The notes under the pieces: generated by a model
Databases searched by the model: none
Told to the model about the DNA's origin: nothing
What the model saw: only the letters and a program-made list of their open reading frames with translations
Part shown: positions 14,520 through 29,408 of the stretch, piece after piece
Layout: each line of letters begins with the position of its first letter
Position numbering within the stretch: position 1 is the first letter of the stretch
NCBI GenBank assembly: GCA_964016885.1
Contig: OZ024742.1
Span: 153,264,001 to 153,328,000 of the forward strand
Direction: 5' to 3'
Length of the DNA stretch: 64,000 bases
From: Eledone cirrhosa
Lineage: Eukaryota
Translations under genes and position numbers: made by a program

Positions 14520-16939
14520 ATGCTAACAAAGACATACTTACCAATTTCCTTGAAGAATATTCCCACCACCCCCCCACTAAAATCGCATATGAGAAATCAC
14601 TGATAACTAGCATAAACTCCTTCGTAAAACGTGTTCGGTGGCGTGCGTTCCATTTTGATGAGAAGTATGATAGCCCTGAAGAGAAGCGTAGTTTTAATAA
14701 TTATGGATTTAAGACATATAGGAGCCCCCCCCCCCGCATAACAGCCTGTTGGATAACTTCGAAAGTGAGCTATTATCCCTCGTTAGGAATATTAGATATA
14801 AAAAATCTAGATGTACCAATAAATTTCAGAGTAAACTAAGTTCTATCGTTAGGGACTTTAGGGATAATAAATCCATTCTAGTCCCCTCTGACAAAACTAA
14901 AAACTTATATAGTATGGATTATAAAACCTATCGCGGCTTCATCTATAATGAACTACATAGGAACTACAAAAAAACAACGCAGAGTAATTTAGATAATATT
15001 AATCTGGAGGGGTATAACATAGTGGTAAAATTAGGTCTGGATAAACACACTCAGCCTTATTACCCCAAGCAGCCTAGATTCACCCTCAAGGACCACAAGG
15101 AAAATTTTATTAGCAGACCCTCAGTTAGGCTTATCTGCCCCTCCAAGTCTGACCTGGGGATTATTAATAAGGGAATCTTGGATAGCGTTATTCCCCTGGT
15201 TAGAGAAAAAACTTTCCTTGAGCTTTGGGGTAACACTAGTGAAGTCATTAGGTGGTTCTCTACGGATTGTGGTCGTGACTCACTCAGATTCATCCAATTT
15301 GATATTGATGCTTATTATACATCTATATCTCCTATTATCCTCAATAAGGCCCTTATCCTAGCCATGCAGAGGGGGGCAATTACAAGGCCACAGATAGATA
15401 TTGTTCTCGCTGCACGTAAAAGCATTATCATGTTTGAGGATAATCTATGGACGAGAAAAAACACACCTGATAATTTTGACATTACTATGGGGTCGAGTGA
15501 TTCTGCTCAGGTCACCGACTTAGTTGGGCTATACCTCCTCAATGAACTGCATAGTAACTTCCCATTCCTTAGGGGCGGGTTGTACCGGGATGACGCCCTA
15601 CTCTCCATAGATACTAGTAAGTATAATATAGTGCGCATTAGGAAAAAGCTGCATAGCTTTTTTAAAACCTTTAACCTATCCATTATGGATATAAATGATA
15701 GAACTGTGAACTTCCTGGATGTTACATTGGACTTGGATAACCATACGTACACACCGTACCATAAGCCTAATGAATTGCTGACTTACGTGAATACCAACTC
15801 TAACCACCCTAGGTCGGTCATCAGCGGTATACTGAAGGGCGTATCTAACAGAATAAGTTCACTCTCACATAGTGAAGCGGCGTTTGACTCGCAGGCTGAT
15901 TACTATAATGATGCCTTAGCTAGATCCGGCTTTAGGGACAAATTGTATTATACCCAGGGAAATAATAGTCCTAATAGTAGCTCTACCAGTGTTGTTATAA
16001 CACATAATATGTCCATTGGTAATAGAGGTGTCGCGAATGGGAGGGTTCTAAATGCCGGTGGAATGAACCAGCAGGGCACCATTAGTCTAAGTAATAGCAA
16101 TGGTAGGACTCGCAGCTCCACGCATAAACTAGGTGAGCATAGTAACCGTAGAAATAATAATGCTAATAATAGTGATGGAAATAAAAAGAATAAAAAGAAT
16201 AGAAGAAGATTGAATACATACTTCAACCCCCCTTTTAACTCTGAAGTGGCTATACATATTCCTAGGGCCTTCTTCTCTGTGTTAGAAAGGAACTTCCCTC
16301 CTGGTAATAGGTACCACTCTATCCTCAATAAGAATGTTGTTAAACTTTCGTATTCTACAACCCAAAATCTGGCCTCTCATCTGGCCATTACTAATAATAG
16401 GAAAATAAAGGAAGGCCTGGACAACCTAAGCGTAGGGGAAAACACGGTAGTGGACAGACGGGGCCGGAACACAAGTGGTGATCATTCTGAGAATAGCATC
16501 ACCAGAAATTGTAACTGTAGAAGGGCTTCAGGCTGCCCCCTGAATGGTTTCTGCCTTATTAGAAACATAGTTTACGCGTGTGATGTGGTAACTACGGCGT
16601 CCACTAAAACCTATATAGGATCAACCTCCACCCCCTTTAAGACCAGGTTTAACTCTCACCAGTGCACTTTTAGACACAATAAACTGAGGAACTCCACCTC
16701 CTTGGCAGCGTACGTCCACAATTTAAAAAAATGCACGAACACATTACACACTTACTTGGCGGCAGGTTGCTAAATCCCATCCATATACTCCTCATAATAG
16801 AGTATGTAACCTATGCCTTGCCGAATCCCACTCTATTATATTTGCTAAATGCCCTCTACTAAACAGAAAGTCAGAAATATTTTCCTCTTGCCCCCACCGA
16901 ATATTAAGCTCTTTCTTCTACTTTAAACCTATTAGCTAG
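14520..16939 (+). pseudogene. PLE reverse transcriptase / GIY-YIG endonuclease polyprotein (~805 aa once 3 homopolymer frameshifts are repaired)
   Basis: Motifs in order: MLTKTYLPISLKNIP; YEKSLI..RVRWRAF..GFKT..PP; VPSDKT; FIQFDIDAYY; MGSSDSAQVTDLVGLYLL; GGLYRDD; VNFLDVTL; CNCRRASGCPLNGFC; NIVY..YIGSTSTPFKTRF..H; and after the last shift WRQV..CNLCLAE..LLNRKSEIFSSCPH..TAG (16937). The longest open segment is ORF 14749-16773. Confidence 0.92.
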
Positions 16940-18687
16940 CACTTCCTTAATTCTCCAGTTGGGCTATCTTGTGTAACTGTCTCTTATTGTGTGTAACTGT
17001 CTCCTATTGTTTGTCTTCTATGTATATGAGTCAGTGAGTGTATACGTATGCCTGCGGGAGAATATTGATCTGGATATTGCGGTGTACAGGTGAGTGGGTG
17101 TGTATGTTAATAAGCACCCCTGTTTGGCACAGCGGATGTAAGCCATCCACGTTCGCCTACCCACCATTGGTGCATTGGTGGGTCTATCCCGACGTGTATC
17201 TTGCGGATCTGTACCTCTGTATGCGCATGAGTTATGATGTAATGTATCTATGTAGAGCGTGTACTGTGATATAGGCTGCACAAATAGAAATTTAGCCTGT
17301 AACTGTGGGCGGAACTGCGCCATCTCGCCGTAAGCAGTAGATACGTGGCACATGTACGTGTTGCCCTCCTATTCTGTGGTTTAAGATCTACAGGCTGACT
17401 TCTGGGAGCTCTTGCCCGGGGTTGTAGTCTTTCTAGCACGATTGGTCTTCCATATATTGACGGTCGTTGTTATTATCCCGAAAGTAACGTTTTGGCCCCG
17501 ATAGCCCTCCGTAGTTATTAACGGTCTGTGTACACTTGAATCGGGCAATGGCACGTGCGGACATGATTATCTCCGTAGGATTTCAATTTGATTTATTTTA
17601 CTGCATCTCATCGTATGTATTTATTTTGAATGTATTATCCGTGGTGGTGGGTCTTGCCTAATGTGTTATTTCTGTGTTTAATATCAGCTTTGACCCGGGT
17701 GTCCTACGCTGTGTCTGTGTGCGTGTGTGTCTGTGTATACATTTATATGTGTATGGGTGTAGGTGGTTGTATATGTCTGTATATAAAAATATATATATAT
17801 GTATACCGTCTCTGCATATGCATGTGGTGTGTATATGTGCATATACGTGCTGAACATATTGGTGTGTATAATCTTGAGATGTCCCAATGCGGTGACTTCA
17901 TGATATTGGCTCTTGAAGCTATTTTTTATATATCTTTTATTGTTTATATATCTTTTGTATGCGCTGTTGAGTATGCCTATTAACCCGCCTGACCCAACTG
18001 TGTCTGCTTGCTTTCGGCTAGCCCGCCTGCACCTGCTTGCTTTCGGCCCACCTGTCTGCCTCTTGCTGCTGCACGTGAATTCTCCTATCTTCCTTCGATG
18101 TACCTCTGTTGACCATTGGACTCCTGCCCGGGTGTGAACCGGTTTGTGATTACCCCACCGCTCAACTGTGTGAATGCACACCCGTGACTTTCGAGTGAAC
18201 TTTTGAGACTGCCCAACCTGGGACGTCTCCATTGCATTGCAATGGTCAAGTGATACTGATAACTGTGACACTTAGTGCCTTCATGGGCCCCTGATATATT
18301 CAAGAAATATATTCTAAAAAAATATATATCTTATCTCAATTTACTTTATTTTATTTTATTTGATTTTATTTCATTTCATTTTATTTAATTTTATTTATCT
18401 TATTTATTTAATTATATCTTATATTATATTATTTTATTTTAGTTTATTTTATTTTATTTTATTTTAGTTTATTTTATTTTATTTTATTTTATCTTATTTT
18501 ATTATTATATTATATTATATTCTATTTTATATAATTTTAATTTTAATTTTATATTATTTTATTCTATTTTATTTCATTCCTTACCCTGTATCACTATTAT
18601 CTGTATATTTTATATTCTATATGTATGTTTTTTTATATTTTCTTATATATATTATAAGTCTATTTTTTACCTATTTTTCACCAATGT

Positions 18688-19164
18688 TTTATCTACTCTT
18701 ACCTAATCCTATCTATCTTATCTATTCTTGTCTGTTCTCTTATCCATGTGTATGCTTGTATGTAACTATATGTTGACAGCACCCCGCCCAACTGTGACTG
18801 ATAGCACCCCTTATTTTTCAATTATTTTTCATTGTTTATTTTTCAATGTTTATTTTTACTTTTATTTTTATTTTTATTTTTATTTTTACTTCCTCAATAT
18901 CTTTTATATTTTATTATTTTTCATTCTTTATTTCTTCAATGTCTTGGATTTGTTATTGCTTGTGTGGTATGTAGTTAAACTTTATGCTCTGATGAGTCCC
19001 ACTTATAGTGCGGATGAAACAATGTTAGCAAGTAAAGATATGCATATGCTATAGGCGTTCTTTGTTATTGATTATATCACGGCTCTGTGCTCAGACATCG
19101 AGCTAACCTTATACTGCCTGTTGGATAAGTGGAGTATTATACACCCCTGATCCTCTCCCTACTA

Positions 19165-19171
<7 letters not shown>
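18688..19171 (+). repeat. 3' pseudo-LTR of the PLE
   Basis: Direct repeat of 13975-14451, ending in a long (TA)n. Confidence 0.93.
18980..19037 (+). ncRNA. Type I minimal hammerhead ribozyme (pLTR copy 3)
   Basis: Core and stems identical to 14260-14317. Confidence 0.87.
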
Positions 19172-19260
<89 letters not shown>

Positions 19261-19290
19261 GCTCCTATAAATATATATATATATATATCC

Positions 19291-19855
19291 ATTAATTAAG
19301 CAAAACAAGACCACACATTTCACAATGAAGATATTATTAACAGATTGTCAACATATTTTAGTTTGATGTAAGGAATGTTGAGAATAATAATAATAATATT
19401 AATAATAATAATGTCCGTTTACAATTGTTTCGCTACTCCATATAATATTTCTGGATCAGATGACTATATATCGTTATTGAGCTAGTTCAGTTGAAAATAA
19501 TTAACATATGTAAAAACAGACCGGCTCATCGGAACTTCAAAGGAATATAAATTAAAATAAGGAGCGAATGTTACATAATGTAATGTTCCATATATTGGTA
19601 TTTCACTATTGTGTCGTGGTTGTATCAATATTTTAAATATGTTAATTATTTTCAATTGAACCAGATCAATAATGATATATAGTGATCTGATCCAGAAATA
19701 TAATATGGAGTAGCGAAACAATTGTAAACGGACATTATTATTATTAATATTATTATTATTATTCTCTACATTCCTTACATCAAACTAAAATATGTTGACA
19801 ATCTTTTAATAATGTCTTCCTTGGGAAATGTGTGCTCTTGTTTTGCTTAAATAAT
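19291..19855. mobile_element. Fold-back element with ~220-bp inverted arms and a hammerhead-like motif
   Basis: 19291-19509 pairs with ~19638-19855. Both arms carry GCGAAACAATTGTAAAC, and the spacer has GTT-CCGATGA-GC on the minus strand. Confidence 0.75.
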
Positions 19856-20039
19856 TGTTTCTACTTTAGGCACAAGGCCAGCAATTACCCAGTGCATTAC
19901 TGGTACTTTATTTTATCGACCCCGTAAGGATGAAAGGCAAAGTCTACCTCGGCGGGATTTGAACTCAGATCGTAAAGAGATGTAACTATGCTGGAAAGCA
20001 TGGCGTCCGACCCTCTACCGATACTGCCAATCCACCGCC
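19856..20039 (-). mobile_element. tRNA-derived SINE, full length, with 19-bp TSD
   Basis: Minus strand has A-box TGGCAGTATCGG and B-box GTTCAAATCC, and a 3' tail ..AAAGTAGAAACAATTAT. The TSD CTTGTTTTGCTTAAATAAT lies at 19837-19855 and 20040-20058. Confidence 0.92.
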
Positions 20040-20219
20040 CTTGTTTTGCTTAAATAATGAAAATTTCCAGCTCTGCGCGCCTAACTTCTGCATGAACCCA
20101 GCCACCTAGCTGCCTTCTACTGCATATTGCACATTGAGCCTTTACGCTTTGTTACGCTAGTTCACCAATCTCTCCTCTCCTATCCTCATCTCTCTCTTTA
20201 AGATTGATTACTCTTGAAC

Positions 20220-20255
<36 letters not shown>

Positions 20256-20266
20256 CATACATACAT

Positions 20267-20345
20267 CAGTTAGTAACTATGCCCATACCGAGCTCTGAGT
20301 ATCCGCTAAGATGAAACAATTGTTCTCGGTATGGTGAACTAACTG
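20267..20345 (+). ncRNA. Orphan, core-damaged hammerhead ribozyme between TA tracts
   Basis: Stem I CCATACCGAG/CTCGGTATGG (10 bp) is extended by CAGTTAGT/ACTAACTG. The core reads CTCTGA where CTGATGA is expected. Stem III is the palindromic GAAACAATTGTT. Confidence 0.7.
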
Positions 20346-22950
<2,605 letters not shown>

Positions 22951-24183
22951 CCCATCGTCATTATTACAATGAGAGGTTCCTTGACAAGGGGCCACACACT
23001 CTCAGTTATGCTGAACTCCAGGCATATTCCACCTCTTTGTCCAGGTGGAGAGCTTACAGTAACCGTTACCCAAGACAATAGCAAGAGTGACGCGATACAA
23101 TAACTATATCATCTTGCAGGTTTCACTGCGGTGCGAGGAGAACACCGAATTCATGCCAAGGGAGGTAGTCCGAGGATCGAGAACACGAGGTGCTTACATC
23201 CTTATAGGCTCAATCATGAACCTATTGGAAACTAGTGGATAATTCAGTGGCTTGCGATCTTCGGCTTGTCGTGTGAAGTGTCCTTGATCTATTATCAACT
23301 CCACTAGGTAGCTCTTGAAGAAAATACCCATACACATCAATAAAGTTTCAATTATCTTCGCCGTATCTCAAGGATTACATTTCTTATATTTCCTTTCCCA
23401 CGAAAGAAGGGTGTGTGCATGCTATTTCAGGCATGCGTAGAATCTTTAGGTGTTGGCGGCCATGTCGTGGGTCACTTGATGGTTTTCTGCTGATATTTTA
23501 TTTGCTCACCGTTATATAATTCCGTCAACGAGCATGTCATTTTTTTTTGCAATGTGTGGAGGCATCTGGTTAGCTTGTAATAATTGTTTCTACGTTTGGC
23601 ACAATGCCAGCAATTAACCACTACATTACTGGTACTTTATTTTATCGACCCCGTATGTGTTTTATTTTAGGCACAATGCCAGCAAATGTGAGTAAAAGGG
23701 AAAGTTGCTTAAGTCAACCCCCAGTACTTTATTTCTTTGAATCCGATATGATAAAAACACAGTTGATACCTGCAGGTTTTGAACTCACTATAAAAAAAGG
23801 AGGAAAATTATACAAGAATGATCTTTAATCTGGCAATCTATACATTTTTCCCAACAATCACCCTGTAATAAGTGCTTCTAATTTAGCACAGGGCCAGCAA
23901 TTTGAACGGAAGGGTAAATTTGATTATATCAAACCCAGTATTTTATTGATATTTTATTTTATCGACCTCGGAAAGACGAAGGGAAAAGTTTACCTCGGTA
24001 GGCCAGGAACGGAGAACGTAAAGGGCCGTAGCTAAATTTAAAAGTGTCATAGAGACGTTCCAGACGATAACTAAACATGGAACTATAAATTATTTCTAAT
24101 GTTTGAAATATCTTCATTTGGAACCATATCCAAATTCTCGAGGTTATAATCCATTCTTGTTTCATGAAGGGTTAATAGTGACC

Positions 24184-24293
24184 TACTACTACTATAACTA
24201 CTACTATTACTGTTGGTGCTGCTGCTGCTGTTACTACTACTGGTGATGCTACTACTACTACTACTACTACTACTGCAGCTGCTGTTGCTGCCG

Positions 24294-24331
<38 letters not shown>

Positions 24332-24353
24332 GCGACTACTACTGCTGCTGCTG

Positions 24354-24403
<50 letters not shown>

Positions 24404-24432
24404 GCTACTACTATTACAACCACTACTACTAA
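24184..24432. repeat. (TAC)n/(TGC)n trinucleotide array
   Basis: Directly visible; it produces the poly-L and poly-V ORFs. Confidence 0.95.
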
Positions 24433-24451
24433 CACAATGATCATTGTGTTT

Positions 24452-24831
24452 TGTTTAGGCACCTGGCCATGAACTACAATAGTGTATTATTGGTGCATTA
24501 TTCTATAGACCCCGTAAGGATGAATGGCAAAGTTAATCTCTGCGGGATTTGAACTCAGAACGTAAAGAGCCGTAACTATATGATGCAACGCATGGTGTCT
24601 GACGCTCTACCGATAATAACAATAATAATAATTTTTCATTTATTTATTCAATAATAATAATAATTGTTCTACATTTTGGTACAAGGCCAGCCATACCCAG
24701 TGCATTACTGGTACTTTATTTTATCAATCCCGTAAGGATGAAAGGCAAAGTTAACCTCGGCGGGATTTGAACTCAGAATGGCAAGCATCAAAGCATGGCG
24801 TCCGACCCTCTACCGATACTGCCAATCCACC
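24452..24831 (-). mobile_element. Two tandem SINE copies (~24452-24615, ~24662-24831)
   Basis: Same GACCCCGTAAGGATGAAAGGCAAAGTTAACCTCGGCGGGATTTGAACTCAGA core as 19856-20039. Further diverged fragments lie at ~7950-8020, 23580-24070, 34440-34550 and 58980-59180. Confidence 0.88.
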
Positions 24832-25199
24832 AATGGATGTCTATGAAAAAGATTTCTGTAAAATTTGAAATACATTAGACATTATTGATGAACCGAGAGT
24901 AAATTTAGACATAAAACGGAGAAGAATATTTTAAACGAACAGTACCAAATATATATTATATATAGAGATAGATTATTCTTATCATATGAATTTCTTTGGT
25001 AATACTGGAACTACCTGCGTAAAATGCAACTAGTTGAAAAACAGTCACAATAGTCACGCGGGGAATTTACAAACAAACAAAACGAAAATAAACAAATAAA
25101 AGGTAAACAAGCAATAAAAAATAATGAAACATGTATATAATATAAACTTTGTTGCTTTTATTACAAGTGCTTATATTATGAAAATAGGGGAAATAACGA

Positions 25200-28100
25200 A
25201 AATAGCAAAAATAGCGAAAACCACATACACGTAAGAATGTTCGTACTTAGAACTTCTGAAAAAAATTGTACGAAGGCGGATGTGTCCAAAAAGTACACAT
25301 TTAAACGTAGAAAGTTCACCTATTCAGAATTTAAAACATGCAGATAAAAGCAAAATATCAAAAACAGATAAAGGTAACAGCAAACGTAACAAACCCCAAC
25401 CCTAAAAAGTACTAACCAACAAATCTTATTCAGGACAACATAATCAATACAATCTACACAGCACCTGAACTACAGTGGGAATATATTACATTGGAAGAAG
25501 TGTCTCGCACTCTGAAAACTGTAAACAAGTGAAAAGAAATATGAGGAAAAAGATGTGGGAAAGTAAAACCATAAACACCACAATACGATAAACCTGGAAA
25601 TGACCCAATAACTCCAAATAATAGAAGATATTCATATGACCCAAAAGAGGGCTTCCGAATACTAGAAATAAATATTAAAATAGCAACAATTATTAATAGT
25701 GACGGTCTACTTGTCTCAATAAATACAAACTGAATCATTCGTATCACAACGCTAAATAACTTACTTTATGCGACAGCCGCTGTTGTTATGAAAGAAAGAG
25801 GTTACCCATTTATATTTACACAAAAAAGAGCGGCAATAATCACAGAGGCATGTAAATTAAGCTTACAAAAATATAGAAAAATAAAGGAAAATATCTCTGA
25901 AATTGGACAGTATAAACAAAAGAAGGAATATAAAAAAAAATAAAAATACAAAAAAAAAATGTAAGAGAAAAGAAAATCCGACAGACTAAGGAAGGACTAA
26001 ACAACAATACTTGCAAAGGCACAAATAATCTATAGATATGTAACGTGCCAAATATTTTGAACAAAACCATCTATTCCAATCCAAATGACTCTGCAAGGAA
26101 ACTAAAAAAACAAAATAGAGGTTATTGCAGCCCTGAAAGTAAAAGAAGTTGAAAAGTTCTGGAGATTTTGGGCAGACGTAGAAGGGAAATTACCATGCAT
26201 GTAACTAGAAAATACAATCTACACAGCACCTGAACAACAGTGGGAAGATATTACATTGGAAGAAGTGTCTCGCACTCTGAAAACTGTAATCAAATGGAAG
26301 ACACCAGAAAATGACAATATTTGGTTGAAATATTATACAGGGACACATGGTGTATTGCGAAAATAATTAAGTAGATGCTGACAGAGCCAGCAATAAAACA
26401 CCTGACTGGCTCACTATGGGTAAACCACCCTGATCCCCAACAATATTGACACAGCAAACACCCGAAATATACTATATACATAACCAATTGCAATAGTACC
26501 GCAGAAACTGACCAAACATCTTGGACAACACACCTGCTGCTGGAAAAACAGAAAGGATGCTGCCTAGCACTAACTCTATTATCTGGAATACTAAACAGGA
26601 CTAGGCTGGATCATAAATGATGCAAGATGCAAATTAGCCATGTCTTGTATATGCAGGATGTAAAGCCGTATGTTGCAGACATAAGAACTGGAAACACTGC
26701 TACATGGATTCACAAGAGTAAAAATCATGATAAAAACATCAAGGCAAATAGATCAAACCCAGAGATGAAAGACAAATTTAGAAGGGAATATTCTAGTCCG
26801 TTACGATTACTACTTAAATCAGAAATATATGAAATTAATAAGGTTCTTGCGATTAACACGGTAGTAATTTTAATATTCTCAATTAGATATTAAAAGAATT
26901 AGCAGAAAACAAACAAGAAAAATATTGATTGAACTTTTAATACACCATCCAAAATGAGATGTAGAAAAATTATTCCTACCATGGCCGCAATGTGTAAGTC
27001 CCATGTGCAACAAGGAAACTATTATAAATGTATAACCATCAAATCCTGCATGAACTCTAGGCACCCCTCTAAACAACTCACTGACTTTGCGGATGACATT
27101 GCACTTCTTGCAGAGTGCCTAGAAAATGCTCAACAACTTTTGACATCTCTCGAGGAAGCACCAGTCCTCGTTGGGCTTCATTTCAACGAGAGAAAAAACA
27201 GAGTACATATCTAACTGGACAGGCAACACCATCAAAGCAATCAACGTCAGTGATATCAAGTCAAGGATTTCAAGTATCTTCGGTCCTCGATCATGGACTC
27301 TGAGAAGGATTTCGCCACGAGAAAGGCCTACAACAGGATGGATCGAGTTTGGCGCTAAAGTTTTTCCAATCACAAGATCAGACTCTTCCAAGTAACAATT
27401 CATACTATCTTGCTATATGGAAGTGAGACATAGGCGGTTTCATCCAAACAACAAAAGCATCTTGATGTCACTTACTCTCACCTGCTTCAGCGCATTCAGA
27501 ACATAAGCTGGCGCCATCTGCCTTTGAGAGAGATATATGGCGGCCTCACACGCATATCTGTCGTTTTACGTAAGAGGAGAGTACGATTTAGCCACTGCCA
27601 TTGTGCCACCTTCGAGGCTGTTTTCACACTGGTGCTTCGGAAACCACAAGCAGTCGCTAATAATAGGGAGCACAAGCTCTCCTACCACGATGTCATCTCC
27701 AGAAATGCTAGTGTTTAAGTTGAGTTCTTGACAACGACAATGAACGACCGATCCACGTGGAGATCAATTGTTGAGTCCATTTCAGTTGAAGCCGCCAGAT
27801 GATGATGATAATGATTATAAAATAACTTCTATAGGACGACAAAATGATATAATGAAGTACGAAAAAATAGCTACGAAACATGAAAAGACAAAATAATATA
27901 CTCTATCTTCAAGGAAGTTAACATATTTAAAATAGAAACTGGATAATCTGCTGAGGTTGAGGAAAATTAAATAACAGAAATTGTGCAAAATGTAAAATTT
28001 CAATTGAAAACGGACGTCCACTGTGCTACGTCAAAACGATGGTAAAAAACCTTATTTGGCCAATACCTGAAAACGTTGCATAAAGAGGAAGTAGACAAGC

Positions 28101-28475
28101 AAACTCACAAAGTTAACTCTGAAGCACTTGGCAAAAAGCGAAAGTTGAAGGATTTCTGAAAGCAGCAATATACCAAAGCCGTCCAAACAGAAACCAACAG
28201 ATGTCCATATTGATGTAAGTAACTGCTGATTATATGGAGTTCACAATTAACCGCATTATCTCTGGCTACAAATTTTAGCCAAAAGAGAATATATCCAAAC
28301 GCAAAATAGAGGAGAGATTTACATACATTGGAAGGTATGCCAACATTTCGAAATAGCAACAGAAAAATATTGTACAGGCATACACTAGAAAAGGTGTCAG
28401 AAAATGTCAAATCAAACATGTGGGATGTGATTTTTAATGTATCTTCTTCCCTACTGGAAGACAGGGTGCCTGTGT
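25200..28475 (+). mobile_element. Degraded R4/Dong-like non-LTR retrotransposon, interrupted by an RTE
   Basis: Relic motifs WKTPEND.IWLK, PDWLTMG, QKGC, ISHVLYMQDVKPY (cf. ISHLLYMDDLKLY), LLKSE..NKVLAINT and HPK*DVEKLFLP. After the insertion come KNLFGQY-like and EGFL.A motifs and an AAT tail. A 70-bp segment is duplicated at 25453-25525 and 26218-26289. Confidence 0.7.
26981..27815 (+). mobile_element. 5'-truncated RTE-clade LINE
   Basis: LTDFADDIALLAE..AQQLL..VGLHFN..TEY, DFKYL, ILLYGSET, and a (GAT)n tail at ~27798-27815. Confidence 0.82.
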
Positions 28476-29341
28476 CTGTATGTGTATAATAATAGATTTG
28501 AAGATATCATAGTTTTTATTTAATAAACTAATAACATTTATTCGCCGTATTAGTGAATATTTAGCTGAAATTTTGCTCGGTATAATTAATAAATTTATGC
28601 TACATTCATATCTCGCAACCTTCCAATAGACTTCAGTTATGTGTTTGAAAAGTTACTTAAAATGTAGATCGATGTGAGAACAAAAATTGACATAGAACTA
28701 ATATGCTTTCAAATATATTTTTCCATAATGCCACGGAAAAAAGATCAAAACATTGATTCATACAAGGCCATGTAAATGAAATTAATCCACTACCGATTTG
28801 AAAATGAACCAAGTATTCCTCAAGTAGTATAGATTCTCTGAAAGGTTTCCAGATAACATAGCATTTACATAGGAAATTATGAATGCCATTTATATCTTTG
28901 TTTTGCTATATATCAAAAATGGTTTCGAATATTTGTGATGTATCTGTGAAACATGTTAGATATTTTAACATTTCACCGAAATTTCAGATTTCGGATTGGA
29001 AAATTGTCGCGGATTTAAGGGACCATTCATAATAAGAAGGCAGTGTAACTTCTAATGACGACTTAGAGTTTGGCAATTTCCCGAATATACCACCTGCGTT
29101 CTGAATAAATAATGGATTGTAATATTTGTGTATTTCTTAGTTTTTAAGTTATGGCCACATCGAATATTTATCGTTTTGATATATGCCAATGTTGGTTTGT
29201 AGATTTATATTTAAGTACATACAACGCGGAAAACAAAAGTGGTCGCATACATTAACATATGTGTCTGTTTGAATATCCAGAAAGATGATAAACAATTAAA
29301 AGAAAAGGATTCTACCACAGGTCCTCAATTCCCCGTACATA

Positions 29342-29408
<67 letters not shown>

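Larger units (their letters stand above)
11438..19171 (+). mobile_element. Penelope-like retroelement (Naiad-type), near full length, with 5' inverted arm, inserted in (TA)n
   Basis: RT plus GIY-YIG ORF. Direct pseudo-LTRs lie at 13975-14451 and ~18688-19171. Segment 11438-13974 is the reverse complement of 16528-19077. Each pLTR copy carries an HHR, and both ends merge into (TA)n. Confidence 0.95.

Noticed and set aside
16720-16735. Programmed -1 frameshift at T TTA AAA
   Set aside because: The conserved C-terminus needs a +1 shift in this copy, and the sister copy has a different run length.
14520-16939. Selenoprotein-type Naiad (in-frame UGA plus SECIS)
   Set aside because: There is no in-frame TGA in the reconstructed ORF. 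The TGA at ~62875 in the other copy replaces a conserved Arg (CGA to TGA decay), not a Cys.
17684-18271. 195-aa antisense ORF present in both arms
   Set aside because: Its conservation is explained by the recent duplication. It has no recognisable domain and is partly microsatellite.
19856-20039. tRNA gene
   Set aside because: The A and B boxes belong to a multi-copy SINE with a TSD, and there is no complete cloverleaf.
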